Part shown: positions 24,877 to 33,756 of the stretch, piece after piece
Position numbering within the stretch: position 1 is the stretch's first letter
Layout: the number at the start of each line of letters is the position of its first letter
DNA from: Patescibacteria group bacterium
GTDB lineage: Bacteria > Patescibacteriota > Patescibacteriia > SG8-24
DNA length: 42,749 bases
Direction: 5' to 3'
NCBI GenBank assembly: GCA_018813785.1
Contig: JAHJAU010000043.1
Location: forward strand, 1-42,749
Position numbers and translations under genes: made by a program
The notes under the pieces: generated by a model
Told to the model about the DNA's origin: nothing
The model's database searches: none
The model's input: the letters and a program-made list of their open reading frames with translations, nothing else

Positions 24877-26754
24877 TTAAAGAGCTACATCTTGATCAGC
24901 GGCCAGCTGCTGAAAAGTCGGTGAAATCTTGACCAACTCTTCAAACGAGCCAGCTACCGCCTCGACCTGAGACTGACCCTTAGTCACCTTCTCGAGCGGT
25001 CGCAAGACCACGAACTTGGTACAAAGCTGGCGCACTGTCGACAGTCGATGCGTTACCACAAGTGCAGAGACATCCGAACCGAGAACACTTTGCAGACCTG
25101 CCTGAACCGCCTTCTCGGTCGTCGAGTCAAGCGAGCTGGTGGCCTCATCAATGATCATAAAACGCGGATTCTTTAAAACTGCCGCGCCAACCATCAAACG
25201 CTGAGCCTGACCACCCGACAATTTAATGCCGCGCCGACCAACCACGGTATCCAACCCGTCAACTAAACGCTCACCAAAATCGATCTGCAAAAGCTGTACC
25301 ACGCGCTGTAGTTCCTCATCAGTCATCTGTTCTTGCTCGGCCGGAGTTAGGCCATAAAGCAAGTTATAACGAATAGTGCCGTCCAAAACCTGTGGCTGCT
25401 GCGGAATGTATCCAATGAGCCGCTGCCAATCGCGAAGTCGTATCTGACGCAAATCTTCACCCGACACCAAAACGCGACCAATCAACGGATCCATAAACCG
25501 CTGTGTCAACCGCATAACGGTAGTCTTACCGGCACCCGAAGAACCGATGAGCGCCACCTTCTCCCCGGGAGAAATGTTAAAACTAACATCGTGCAACACC
25601 GCCGGATTCATCTTCTCGGTGTCTTCGCCATCACCGCGCGGATAAGTGTAGCCGACGCCCTCAAACCGCACCTCGACTGCTTGGTCTAAAGCAAGCTGTC
25701 GCGGATTCGGCCTATCTTCAACCTCGTTCGGCATAGTCAACGCCTCACGCATCGAACGAACGCTGGGCATATTTTTGTTCATTCGATGCTCAACCTGACC
25801 GATGCGCCAGACGTCATCAGTAATTCGCCTGATCCAAGTGATGAACGGAAACAAGGCTCCAATAGTCAGACCGCCGGACCACACCAACCAAGCGGCATAA
25901 CAGATCAAAGGCATGACCACCAGTAGGTCATAGGCCAGGTGGCGCAAACTAAAGGCTCGGATGAACCACAGCCAGAAACGGCGATCTCGAACAATGTACT
26001 CGTGATACCAAGTATCGATGTACGCGACCTCTTCAACTTCTTTGCCGCAAGTCTTCACTCGTTCCAATTGTTCCCAGCGCTCGCGAAGATAGCGATTGAT
26101 CCGCCTGGATTCAGCATCGAGTGGTGTGGTCTCTTCGATGATTCGGCGATTTACATACACCGCCCAAACGAAATATGAAACCAACAGCGCCAGCATGGCG
26201 CAACCAGCCACCCACGACAAAATCATCAAAAAAATGAAGGCCATCAACACGTTGAATACGGTCATCACTCCATCGAATAAGACCACATACTCAACTTCCA
26301 TTACCCGATGTCGGCCCTTTTCAACATTGGCGGCTGACAATACGCTTGAGTCCCGCAGATGCTGACCGAGAGACTTGCTGAAAAATAGTTCGGTGGATCG
26401 AACATCCAATCGCACTTGATCCTCGCCCAATGCATACTCTCGGTAATAAAAATATATCCAGGAAAAAATGCGGTTCAGCACATACAAAACAACCATCGCT
26501 CCCAGCGACCAAGCGGTAATAACGAAGTCACGGGCAATAAGACCATCCACCAAATATTTCATGGCGAGTGGCAACAACATAGTCAGTGCGGCTGAAACAA
26601 GCTGCATGATAAGCGCGCGAATCTGCCAACCGCGACTCGCTCGAGTCACGAACTCACTTATTACCCACCCAAACACTCGAAACGTTTCCCGTATATCACT
26701 CAAGTATTCTCGCCAATTACTCGCCAGGTGGCGGGTCTCTCGGGGATCATCCAT
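24877..26754 (-). CDS. Fused TMD-NBD ABC exporter, paralog 3
   Basis: ORF track, 650 aa, trimmed to Met 26 (MDDPRETRHLASNWREY...). This Met is preceded by AGGAGGGAAG and aligns with the N-terminus of paralog 2 (MTMPKDPQETRRLAGNYREY). Walker A GSSGAGKTT, signature LSGGQAQRL, Walker B FMIIDEATS. Confidence 0.9.
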   Translation of the reverse strand: MDDPRETRHLASNWREYLSDIRETFRVFGWVISEFVTRASRGWQIRALIMQLVSAALTMLLPLAMKYLVDGLIARDFVITAWSLGAMVVLYVLNRIFSWIYFYYREYALGEDQVRLDVRSTELFFSKSLGQHLRDSSVLSAANVEKGRHRVMEVEYVVLFDGVMTVFNVLMAFIFLMILSWVAGCAMLALLVSYFVWAVYVNRRIIEETTPLDAESRRINRYLRERWEQLERVKTCGKEVEEVAYIDTWYHEYIVRDRRFWLWFIRAFSLRHLAYDLLVVMPLICYAAWLVWSGGLTIGALFPFITWIRRITDDVWRIGQVEHRMNKNMPSVRSMREALTMPNEVEDRPNPRQLALDQAVEVRFEGVGYTYPRGDGEDTEKMNPAVLHDVSFNISPGEKVALIGSSGAGKTTVMRLTQRFMDPLIGRVLVSGEDLRQIRLRDWQRLIGYIPQQPQVLDGTIRYNLLYGLTPAEQEQMTDEELQRVVQLLQIDFGERLVDGLDTVVGRRGIKLSGGQAQRLMVGAAVLKNPRFMIIDEATSSLDSTTEKAVQAGLQSVLGSDVSALVVTHRLSTVRQLCTKFVVLRPLEKVTKGQSQVEAVAGSFEELVKISPTFQQLAADQDVAL

Positions 26755-26876
26755 CTTCCCTCCTATTGTCAAAGAAACCGGGTAAAAAACCCGAAATGAG
26801 ACAGTATCAATTGATGACGATTCGGTCAAAAATCATATTAAACTTTAAAACAGTCAAACAATTTTAATGACATCCT

Positions 26877-27001
26877 CCCCGGGCTAAAGCCCGGGGTTTC
26901 CTTCTAGTTCGCAAGTTTCGCTTGCGCAAAAGCCTCCGCTTCGCTCCGGGTCACATTCATCCCCGCACTCGGCGGCTAACCACGCCGCCTTCGTGCGGGG
27001 T
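26877..27001. repeat. Relic IS200/IS605-type end: two GC-rich hairpins plus a tnpA 3'-end-like stretch
   Basis: ccccgggc-taaa-gcccgggg (26877-26896) is followed by caagtttcgcttg, resembling caagcttcgcttg at 20722-20734. A second hairpin, ccccgcac...gtgcgggg, lies at 26962-27001. No intact ORF. Confidence 0.5.
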
Positions 27002-27013
27002 TTCCTGTGAGAC

Positions 27014-27040
27014 AAAAAGCCCTTAATTAGATTAAGGGCT
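27014..27040 (-). terminator. Rho-independent terminator after cdd
   Basis: Minus-strand hairpin AGCCCTTAAT-CTA-ATTAAGGGCT followed by TTTTTG. Confidence 0.6.
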
Positions 27041-27045
27041 TGAAA

Positions 27046-27594
27046 TTACTTCTGACCGGCAAACACGAACGCGTATGGTAGAGCGGAGGCGATAGTCGTT
27101 ACACAGACCGTACCGTCAGCCAAGTAAGAAATCAACCAGGTCGGTTGATCACTTCGGGCATTTTCTACAATACACTGCAAACAATGACCACATGGAGCGG
27201 ATCGAACCCATTCCTTTGATGTTGACGAAACATCAACAACTGAACCGGGCTCGGGCAGGTCAACTTCGGTTGGTGCGGCCACGATAGCTATGGCGCTAAT
27301 TTTTGCCCCACTTCCCTCTTCGGCAATCAGCGTATCTAGAGCATTCTGCTCAGCATGAGTAGTTTGAGTGAAAGTGCCGCGCTCCACGTTACAACCGACA
27401 TACATTTCTCCGGTCTGATCGCTTAGAACAGACGCGCCAACATGAAAGCCAGACAAAAAAGCCTGTGCGTTGTGGCGATAAAGATAGGCCAGGCGAATCA
27501 ATTCCTGGCCTTCAGCTGAAAGCTGATGAAACAGAACACGACAGGAAATAATCCGTCGTTCTTCATGACCCAAACGGCCTCCGAGCGGAATCAT
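27046..27594 (-). CDS. cdd: Cytidine/deoxycytidine deaminase-family protein
   Basis: ORF track, 182 aa. Zinc motifs HAEQNAL and PCGHCLQC. There is an insertion between the two motifs relative to small tetrameric Cdd enzymes. Confidence 0.75.
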   Translation of the reverse strand: MIPLGGRLGHEERRIISCRVLFHQLSAEGQELIRLAYLYRHNAQAFLSGFHVGASVLSDQTGEMYVGCNVERGTFTQTTHAEQNALDTLIAEEGSGAKISAIAIVAAPTEVDLPEPGSVVDVSSTSKEWVRSAPCGHCLQCIVENARSDQPTWLISYLADGTVCVTTIASALPYAFVFAGQK

Positions 27595-27770
27595 ACTGAC
27601 CTCTTTCTCTCTCTTTATTAAGAGAAATATCCTGGTGAAAGATGAGAAACCTTGGCAAAAAGACCTCGCACAAATCTAAGCAGAGCTGACCTTTGGCGTC
27701 AACGCGATCAGATAAATGATCTCAAAAACGACCATATCGTGACGGCGTGCACGTGTACGCCCCGCCGCCC

Positions 27771-27799
27771 TTGAACTTACTTCGTAAATACGCTAGAAT
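27771..27799 (+). promoter_or_regulatory. Promoter of the 27-aa peptide gene
   Basis: TTGAAC - 17 nt - TAGAAT. Confidence 0.55.
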
Positions 27800-27826
27800 T
27801 CCTTCTCGAGCTAAAAGGAGGTCAAC

Positions 27827-27910
27827 ATGAAGCGGCCAATAGCCATGACTATCACCCTGATCGTCGGACTCGTGCTGTTCCTGCTCATGCGCTGGTGCGC
27901 CGGAGCATAA
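27827..27910 (+). CDS. 27-aa single-TM peptide (small membrane protein or type I toxin-like)
   Basis: Below the ORF-track cutoff. Sequence MKRPIAMTITLIVGLVLFLLMRWCAGA. AAGGAGG SD 5 nt upstream, tandem stops TAATAA, and its own promoter and terminator. Confidence 0.5.
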   Translation: MKRPIAMTITLIVGLVLFLLMRWCAGA

Positions 27911-27927
27911 TAAACGATCGTCTCTTT

Positions 27928-27950
27928 GCACCCACCTAGGGTGCTTTTTT
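27928..27950 (+). terminator. Rho-independent terminator of the 27-aa peptide gene
   Basis: GCACCC-ACCT-AGGGTGC followed by TTTTTT. Confidence 0.65.
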
Positions 27951-27979
27951 AAAAAAAGACCTGCTTATTAAGTAAGCAG
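27951..27979 (-). terminator. Rho-independent terminator after the 138-aa gene
   Basis: Minus-strand hairpin CTGCTTA-CTTAA-TAAGCAG followed by GTCTTTTTTT. Confidence 0.55.
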
Positions 27980-27990
27980 ATCCATAGAAA

Positions 27991-28407
27991 TCATGAAGCC
28001 AGATAAACGAGTGCGGCGCGCAGCATATTTTTACGCTCTTCTGGTCGGTCAGCGATAATTCGAAGCAGTTCGTAAACTTCGCCGCGCGTCAAAATTTTAA
28101 CCAAATCCAGATCCTCGTCTGTTAATTCACTGCTGTGAGGCAGAAAATCATCGTTTAGATCTGGAGACAAGGCTCCGACTGGGCAACGAAACCTGGTGAG
28201 CTTATTAAGCCACAATCTGACTAGGCCAGCTGTTTCTTCGTCCATCACTTCCGGATCCCAGACGTTCTTGGCTAGAAGCACGACCTTAACTAATGGCCGA
28301 AAAATATCAGCAATGTCCACCATGGCCATGATTTGTCTTTGCAGTGCCTCGGAGCTATGCGGCTCACACAGGCAACCACAAGACAAAATCTTATCATCGG
28401 TGCTCAT
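27991..28407 (-). CDS. Hypothetical protein (138 aa) with N-terminal CGCLC motif
   Basis: ORF track, 158 aa, trimmed to Met 21 (MSTDDKILSCGCLCEPH...), which is preceded by AAGGAG 6 nt upstream. Confidence 0.5.
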   Translation of the reverse strand: MSTDDKILSCGCLCEPHSSEALQRQIMAMVDIADIFRPLVKVVLLAKNVWDPEVMDEETAGLVRLWLNKLTRFRCPVGALSPDLNDDFLPHSSELTDEDLDLVKILTRGEVYELLRIIADRPEERKNMLRAALVYLAS

Positions 28408-28565
28408 GACTAACTCCTTAAATTTTGAAAAGAAGAATAACTGATCATAGTTTAAAAACAGCCCCACGTCAAGAAACTTAACCTAAAATATTGAATTACC
28501 CAACCAAAAACACCGGATAATTATTTAATCCGGTGTTTCTCAAATTAATCGTTAATTTAAGCCAA

Positions 28566-28880
28566 TTATTTCTTCGCTGCCTTTTTAACCCGTGAACGTA
28601 CGGCTTTCTTTGCGCGCTCCTGAATCCCCCAGGTAATTAGCTCTTTCACCGCCTGAGCGACCAGAGTAAATGATGCGGCTGATCTTTCCATTTTTTCATG
28701 AGCTGAGTGAGCTACTTCCTCTACTTTTTCGACTGCACCGCGTACCTGTCGCACTAGAGCCTCAGTATCGCGCACGATAGAGATGACATAATAAAGCAAC
28801 CAGGAAACAAAAACTGTGATCCATAACACACTAAATGCCAGAACCACGAACAACAAATCTTTACTTGATTCAATAAACAT
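28566..28880 (-). CDS. DUF948-like membrane-anchored coiled-coil protein
   Basis: ORF track, 104 aa. One N-terminal TM helix, then a helical region and a basic tail. The layout is typical of DUF948. Confidence 0.55.
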   Translation of the reverse strand: MFIESSKDLLFVVLAFSVLWITVFVSWLLYYVISIVRDTEALVRQVRGAVEKVEEVAHSAHEKMERSAASFTLVAQAVKELITWGIQERAKKAVRSRVKKAAKK

Positions 28881-28979
28881 AACTGAAGGGACAAATTATT
28901 ATACGAATATTATAGCACAAGCCGATTCGTCGCGAAAAGCTGCTTAACCAAAAAAGCAAAAAATAAATTAAGATTAATC

Positions 28980-31403
28980 CTAGTCTCTCAGCTTGGCTCC
29001 AAGCTCTTTTTCTAAAGCAGTTAATATTCGACTGATCTCCAACTCTACTTCCTCGTTAGTCAACGTGTGCTCGGCATGCGAGAACGACAAATGCATGGCA
29101 AAACTTTTTTGCTCCTTGCCCAGTCGATCACTGCGATAAACGTCAAACAACTCAACCTCAGCCAGCAAATCAGTCACACTGCGGATTATCGCTTCCACTC
29201 TGGTGTATTCAACATTCTCGGCTGCCACAATAGCTAGATCACGCCGAGCTGGTGGAAACAGTGGAATGGAGCAATAACCACCGGCTCTCTTCTGTGACTG
29301 CATCAACCCAGCCAGATCAAACTCAGTCGCGACTACGCGACCAGCCAAACCAAAAGCATTTAGTATGGCCGGATGAATTTCACCCAACGTGCCAATGACG
29401 ACATCTCCGACAAACAAATCAACTGTCCGACCCGGATGCCATAAATGATTCTGTTGTTCGGTACGTTTTAATTGAACGTCACGATCCAAATCATCAAACA
29501 AACTTTCCAGCGTGCCTTTAACCCGACGGAATAAACGATCATCAGCGGTTGTTCCATAAGAAGCAATTAAAACTGTCGCCAGTTCATCTGGTAAATTCAG
29601 TCCGTCATGTCGCTGATAAACATTACTAACCTCGAACAAATCATTCTCTGGGAATAATCCTTCGTTTTCTTTAATGGCGGCTAACGCTCCAGGCACTAAA
29701 CTGGGGCGCATAAAAACAAAATCCGTACTAAGAGGATTGGCGATCTGCAAACAACTTTCCGGAGCAAAACCAGCCTTGGTTAAAACTTCAGATGAAACAA
29801 AAGAATAATTGAGCAGTTCAGTAAAACCGGCAGCCGATAGATATTTTTTGGTGCTATCTTCAGCGATTAAAACCGGATCCATGGGTGCGAGCGGCAGTTT
29901 ACCGGCTGGAATCTCTGAAGGTAGATTGGCATAACCATAAACCCGCGCTATCTCTTCAGCAAAGTCGCGCTCACCTTCGATATCACGCACGCGCCAATAA
30001 GGCACCTCCACATCAAAAACCGGTTTACCCTTTTTAATCGTTGATCGTCGACTGATACCAAAACCGAGCATCTTCAAAATCTTCACCATGCGTGCGGCTG
30101 GAATCTTTACACCAATCAACCGCTCCGCATGATCCGGACGAAACTGAAACTTAACCCGCCGCCGTGAATCAGAACGCAAATCATGTACCTTGCTCGCCAT
30201 CTGACCGCAAGCTATCTTCTGACACAACTCAACTGCTCGCGCCAAAGCGGCCTGGGTTTGTTCCTCGGGTAAACCTTTTTCGAATCGCAAGGACGAATCA
30301 GAGCGCAAATCCAACGAACGACCTGTGCGCCGCACTGAAACCGGATCGAAAGTCGCCGCCTCAAAAACTATCGTATTGGTCTGATCAACTACTCCAGTTC
30401 CTTCGCCACCCATCACTCCGGCCACAGCAATCGGTTTTTCGGCATCAGCAATGATTAACTGATCAGCACTTAAAATTTTCTCTGAACCATCTAGTAATAA
30501 AATCTTCTCCCCCTTCTTGGCCTTGCGAATTCTAATTTTTCCGCCGGCTAATTTCTCATAATCAAAAGCATGCATCGGCTGACCCAATTCCAACATCACA
30601 TAATTAGTAATGTCTACGATATTGTTAATCGGACGCAACCCAGCCATCAGTAAACGATTTTTAAGCCACCAAGGCGACGGGCCAACTTCAATATGATCCA
30701 TAACCACCGCCTGATATCGCGTACACAAAGTCTTCTCATGATTGGCAACTTCAAATGGTACGGGCTTAGATGACTTGGGCATTAATGGTGTCACGGCTTC
30801 CTTCCAGACAAACGGTTCAGCTAAAATCACCGCCGCCTCACGAGCCAAACCAACAATTGAAAACGCGTCTGGCCGATTGGTGGTAACTTCGACATCAAAT
30901 ACGGTGTCCTCTAGGTCGAGTGCCTTAGCCAACTTGGTTCCAGGTTTGGCCTTGCACCAACTCATATCCATAATCTCGCGTTCAGCGTGCGGAAAACCAT
31001 CCTGTAACCCAATTTCACTCGCACCACAAATCATGCCAGAGCTTTTAACACCGCGAATTTCGGTCGGCTCCAACGTAATCAAATCACCAGCACCATGCCA
31101 GCGCACCTGAGCACCCGGCAGAGCAACCACCACTTTCATACCGACCGATAAATTTGTACCACCACACACAATCTCGGCTCGGTCTGTGCCCCAATCAATT
31201 ACCGCAATCTGTAACTTATCGGCATTGGGGTGTGGCTTTAATTCCAACACCTTACCGACAATCATAAACTCAAACGGCGGCGCTTGTGGGTACAAACGCT
31301 CGACGCCCGGACCAGACAACGATACTCGACGAGCAAATTCTTCTGGTGATTGCTTCAAGATGACAAACTCCTTAATCCAATTGTATGAAGCGAGAATATT
31401 CAT
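28980..31403 (-). CDS. pheT: Phenylalanine--tRNA ligase beta subunit
   Basis: ORF track, 807 aa. N-terminal tRNA-binding domain (KPHPNADKLQ). Directly downstream of pheS. Confidence 0.95.
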   Translation of the reverse strand: MNILASYNWIKEFVILKQSPEEFARRVSLSGPGVERLYPQAPPFEFMIVGKVLELKPHPNADKLQIAVIDWGTDRAEIVCGGTNLSVGMKVVVALPGAQVRWHGAGDLITLEPTEIRGVKSSGMICGASEIGLQDGFPHAEREIMDMSWCKAKPGTKLAKALDLEDTVFDVEVTTNRPDAFSIVGLAREAAVILAEPFVWKEAVTPLMPKSSKPVPFEVANHEKTLCTRYQAVVMDHIEVGPSPWWLKNRLLMAGLRPINNIVDITNYVMLELGQPMHAFDYEKLAGGKIRIRKAKKGEKILLLDGSEKILSADQLIIADAEKPIAVAGVMGGEGTGVVDQTNTIVFEAATFDPVSVRRTGRSLDLRSDSSLRFEKGLPEEQTQAALARAVELCQKIACGQMASKVHDLRSDSRRRVKFQFRPDHAERLIGVKIPAARMVKILKMLGFGISRRSTIKKGKPVFDVEVPYWRVRDIEGERDFAEEIARVYGYANLPSEIPAGKLPLAPMDPVLIAEDSTKKYLSAAGFTELLNYSFVSSEVLTKAGFAPESCLQIANPLSTDFVFMRPSLVPGALAAIKENEGLFPENDLFEVSNVYQRHDGLNLPDELATVLIASYGTTADDRLFRRVKGTLESLFDDLDRDVQLKRTEQQNHLWHPGRTVDLFVGDVVIGTLGEIHPAILNAFGLAGRVVATEFDLAGLMQSQKRAGGYCSIPLFPPARRDLAIVAAENVEYTRVEAIIRSVTDLLAEVELFDVYRSDRLGKEQKSFAMHLSFSHAEHTLTNEEVELEISRILTALEKELGAKLRD

Positions 31404-31431
31404 AGGCGATCAATCAAGCACTGAAATAAAA

Positions 31432-32493
31432 TCAAAACTGATTTAAGAAACGAAAGTCACTTTTATACAACACGCGAATATCATCGACCATGATACCTGA
31501 TCGCATCATCATTGTACGTTCCACTCCCCAACCAAAAGCCAGCGCCGAATACTCCTCTGGATCTATGCCGCCAGCAGTCAAAACATTCGGATGCAATAAG
31601 CCGGCGCCACCCAATTCAAGCCAGCCTTCTTTACATAGACGACATTTACTACCATCTTCAGATCGTCCCGAACCGCTACAAATACCACAGCTAATATCAA
31701 CTTCAAAACTCGGCTCAGTAAAACGAAAGTGAAACGGTCGCAAACGCGTATGACGACCGGCGCCAAAAAACTCGCGGGCGAAATGATCCAAAATTCCCTT
31801 CAAATGAGTTACCGAAACGTCACGATCAACCAACAATCCTTCAAACTGATGGAACATTGGTACATGCGACACATCAATCTGACGACGATAAGTTTTGGAA
31901 ATGTTCATCATGCGAATCGGTAGCTGTCCTTTTTTCAATTCCCGGGCACTGCCAGAAGTCGTATGAGGCGTTAAAACCATCTTACCCAACTTGCTGTGCT
32001 GAGGAGCATCAATAAAAAAAGTTTCCCATTCATCGCGAGCCGGATGATCGGGCGGCATATTCAACGCCTCAAATGCAAACCAATCCCACTCTACCTCTGG
32101 GTGTCGAACGCGGGTAAACCCGACCCGGCTAAAAATATCCACGATGTCCTGAATGGCCTGAGTGGTCAAATGCAAATGTCCGGTCTCGGGTCGCAGTCCA
32201 GGAATCGTCACATCAATCCGATCAGTTTCAGCCAGAGCTTTAAACTCAACCTGCAGCAACTCACTACGTCGTAATTTCAACGCGTCCTGTATCTCTTGCT
32301 TTAAATCATTGGCCAGTTGACCAACTTCGCGACGCTCGACCGCTGACAATTCACCCAACTGCTTCATTAGTTGGCTAAACTGACTTTTTCGACCTAAACA
32401 TGTTATCTCGACCTGCTCCAATGCGGTCACATCTGAAGCCACAGAAATCTCAGCTAAAATTTGATCGCGCAGCGCTTTTAATTTGTCTTGCAT
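31432..32493 (-). CDS. pheS: Phenylalanine--tRNA ligase alpha subunit
   Basis: ORF track, 353 aa. Class II motifs FRFTEPSFEVD and AFGWGVERT. Confidence 0.95.
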   Translation of the reverse strand: MQDKLKALRDQILAEISVASDVTALEQVEITCLGRKSQFSQLMKQLGELSAVERREVGQLANDLKQEIQDALKLRRSELLQVEFKALAETDRIDVTIPGLRPETGHLHLTTQAIQDIVDIFSRVGFTRVRHPEVEWDWFAFEALNMPPDHPARDEWETFFIDAPQHSKLGKMVLTPHTTSGSARELKKGQLPIRMMNISKTYRRQIDVSHVPMFHQFEGLLVDRDVSVTHLKGILDHFAREFFGAGRHTRLRPFHFRFTEPSFEVDISCGICSGSGRSEDGSKCRLCKEGWLELGGAGLLHPNVLTAGGIDPEEYSALAFGWGVERTMMMRSGIMVDDIRVLYKSDFRFLNQF

Positions 32494-32529
32494 ATTAATT
32501 CAATGCGGCGGCAGAGTCAGCTCTGCTCA

Positions 32530-33651
32530 TCAGCCGGTAAAAACATTATAGAAGGCTTGTAAAATTCTGTCGCCAAACCTGACCACATCACCGTAAGTCA
32601 CGACGAGGACCAACATCAGCAGCAGAGCGAAACCAACATTATGAATTGTTGCCTCCAAACGCTGATTGATCGCTCGACCTCGAAGACGTTCGATAATCAA
32701 AAAGAGCAGGCGACCGCCATCCAGAGCTGGCAAAGGCAAAATATTTATTACTCCAAGATTAATTGAAAGTAGGGCGGTGAATTGTAATAAATGTCGCCAG
32801 CCATGCCGAGCCACTTCGCCGGTCACAACAGCAATACCAACCGGACCAGAAATCTCGGCTGGTGCTCCACCGCCCATAACCAAATCTCTGATTATAACTG
32901 CAAAAGCAACCACAATTTGTCCGGTGAAAGAAATTGTAGTCCAGAGGCCTTGCAAAAACGCAGCATAAATCGGATATGACACGACGCCGGTCTTCATTAA
33001 ACTAACACCAATACCCGGTTTACCGGTTACTTCCAGCATGGTTGGAGTAAGCGTTTTATCCAAAACCTCTCCGTCTCGATCAAGCTTTAGTCCAATCGGC
33101 CTATCTCCCCCGTCGCCAGTCAAACCAGCAAAAGCCTCAATAGTGGTAACCGCTGATTCATCGGCCATAATTATTACATCGCCGATCTGAATATCAGCCT
33201 CAGCCGCCGGAGTGCCTTCAAGTACATCTACTATATGTAATTTCTCCTCGACGACGCGCGCGTATCCTGGCAGAGCCGCCTCATCATCAATAATTTGTGG
33301 CAGTCCGAAAGTATAACCGACTGAAAACAAAAACCAGGCCAGCACTAAATTCATGACGACCCCAGCGACGATAATAAGCGAGCGTTTAGTTGCTCCTTGA
33401 CGACTAAAACTGTCCGCATCTTGCTCGTTCTCACCTGCTTCGCCCTTCAGGCGGACAAAACCACCAATCGGAATGGCATTGATCGAATAAATCGTGTCAC
33501 CGCGTCGAACACCCCAAAGTCGAGGTGGAAAACCAAAACCAAACTCCTCTACTTTGACACCGGCTCGTCGAGCTAAAAAGAAATGCCCAAACTCATGCGC
33601 GAATACGATAACCGATAAAACAACAATGAAAGTAATAATTGTTCCGATCAT
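32530..33651 (-). CDS. rseP: RIP site-2 metalloprotease (M50, RseP-like) with PDZ domain
   Basis: ORF track, 373 aa. HEFGHF near the N-terminus and NILPLPALDGG near the C-terminus. Confidence 0.9.
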   Translation of the reverse strand: MIGTIITFIVVLSVIVFAHEFGHFFLARRAGVKVEEFGFGFPPRLWGVRRGDTIYSINAIPIGGFVRLKGEAGENEQDADSFSRQGATKRSLIIVAGVVMNLVLAWFLFSVGYTFGLPQIIDDEAALPGYARVVEEKLHIVDVLEGTPAAEADIQIGDVIIMADESAVTTIEAFAGLTGDGGDRPIGLKLDRDGEVLDKTLTPTMLEVTGKPGIGVSLMKTGVVSYPIYAAFLQGLWTTISFTGQIVVAFAVIIRDLVMGGGAPAEISGPVGIAVVTGEVARHGWRHLLQFTALLSINLGVINILPLPALDGGRLLFLIIERLRGRAINQRLEATIHNVGFALLLMLVLVVTYGDVVRFGDRILQAFYNVFTG

Positions 33652-33756
33652 AATCTCAGCCTAAGAAACAAAAACCTGTTGTTAGAAACAAGGTAAATCA
33701 ATCAATGATTTTTAAAAATGAAAAGCTGTTTTGTTCCAAATTTTCACTAACCTGGA

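Noticed and set aside
26755-26829. 25-aa N-terminal extension of ABC exporter 3
   Set aside because: The internal Met at 26754 has a strong AGGAGG SD and aligns with the N-terminus of paralog 2, whereas the extension has no counterpart.
27722-27931. 69-aa minus-strand ORF
   Set aside because: It runs antisense through the promoter, SD, 27-aa ORF and terminator of the plus-strand peptide gene, and it has no SD. If transcribed, it is more likely an antisense RNA than a protein.
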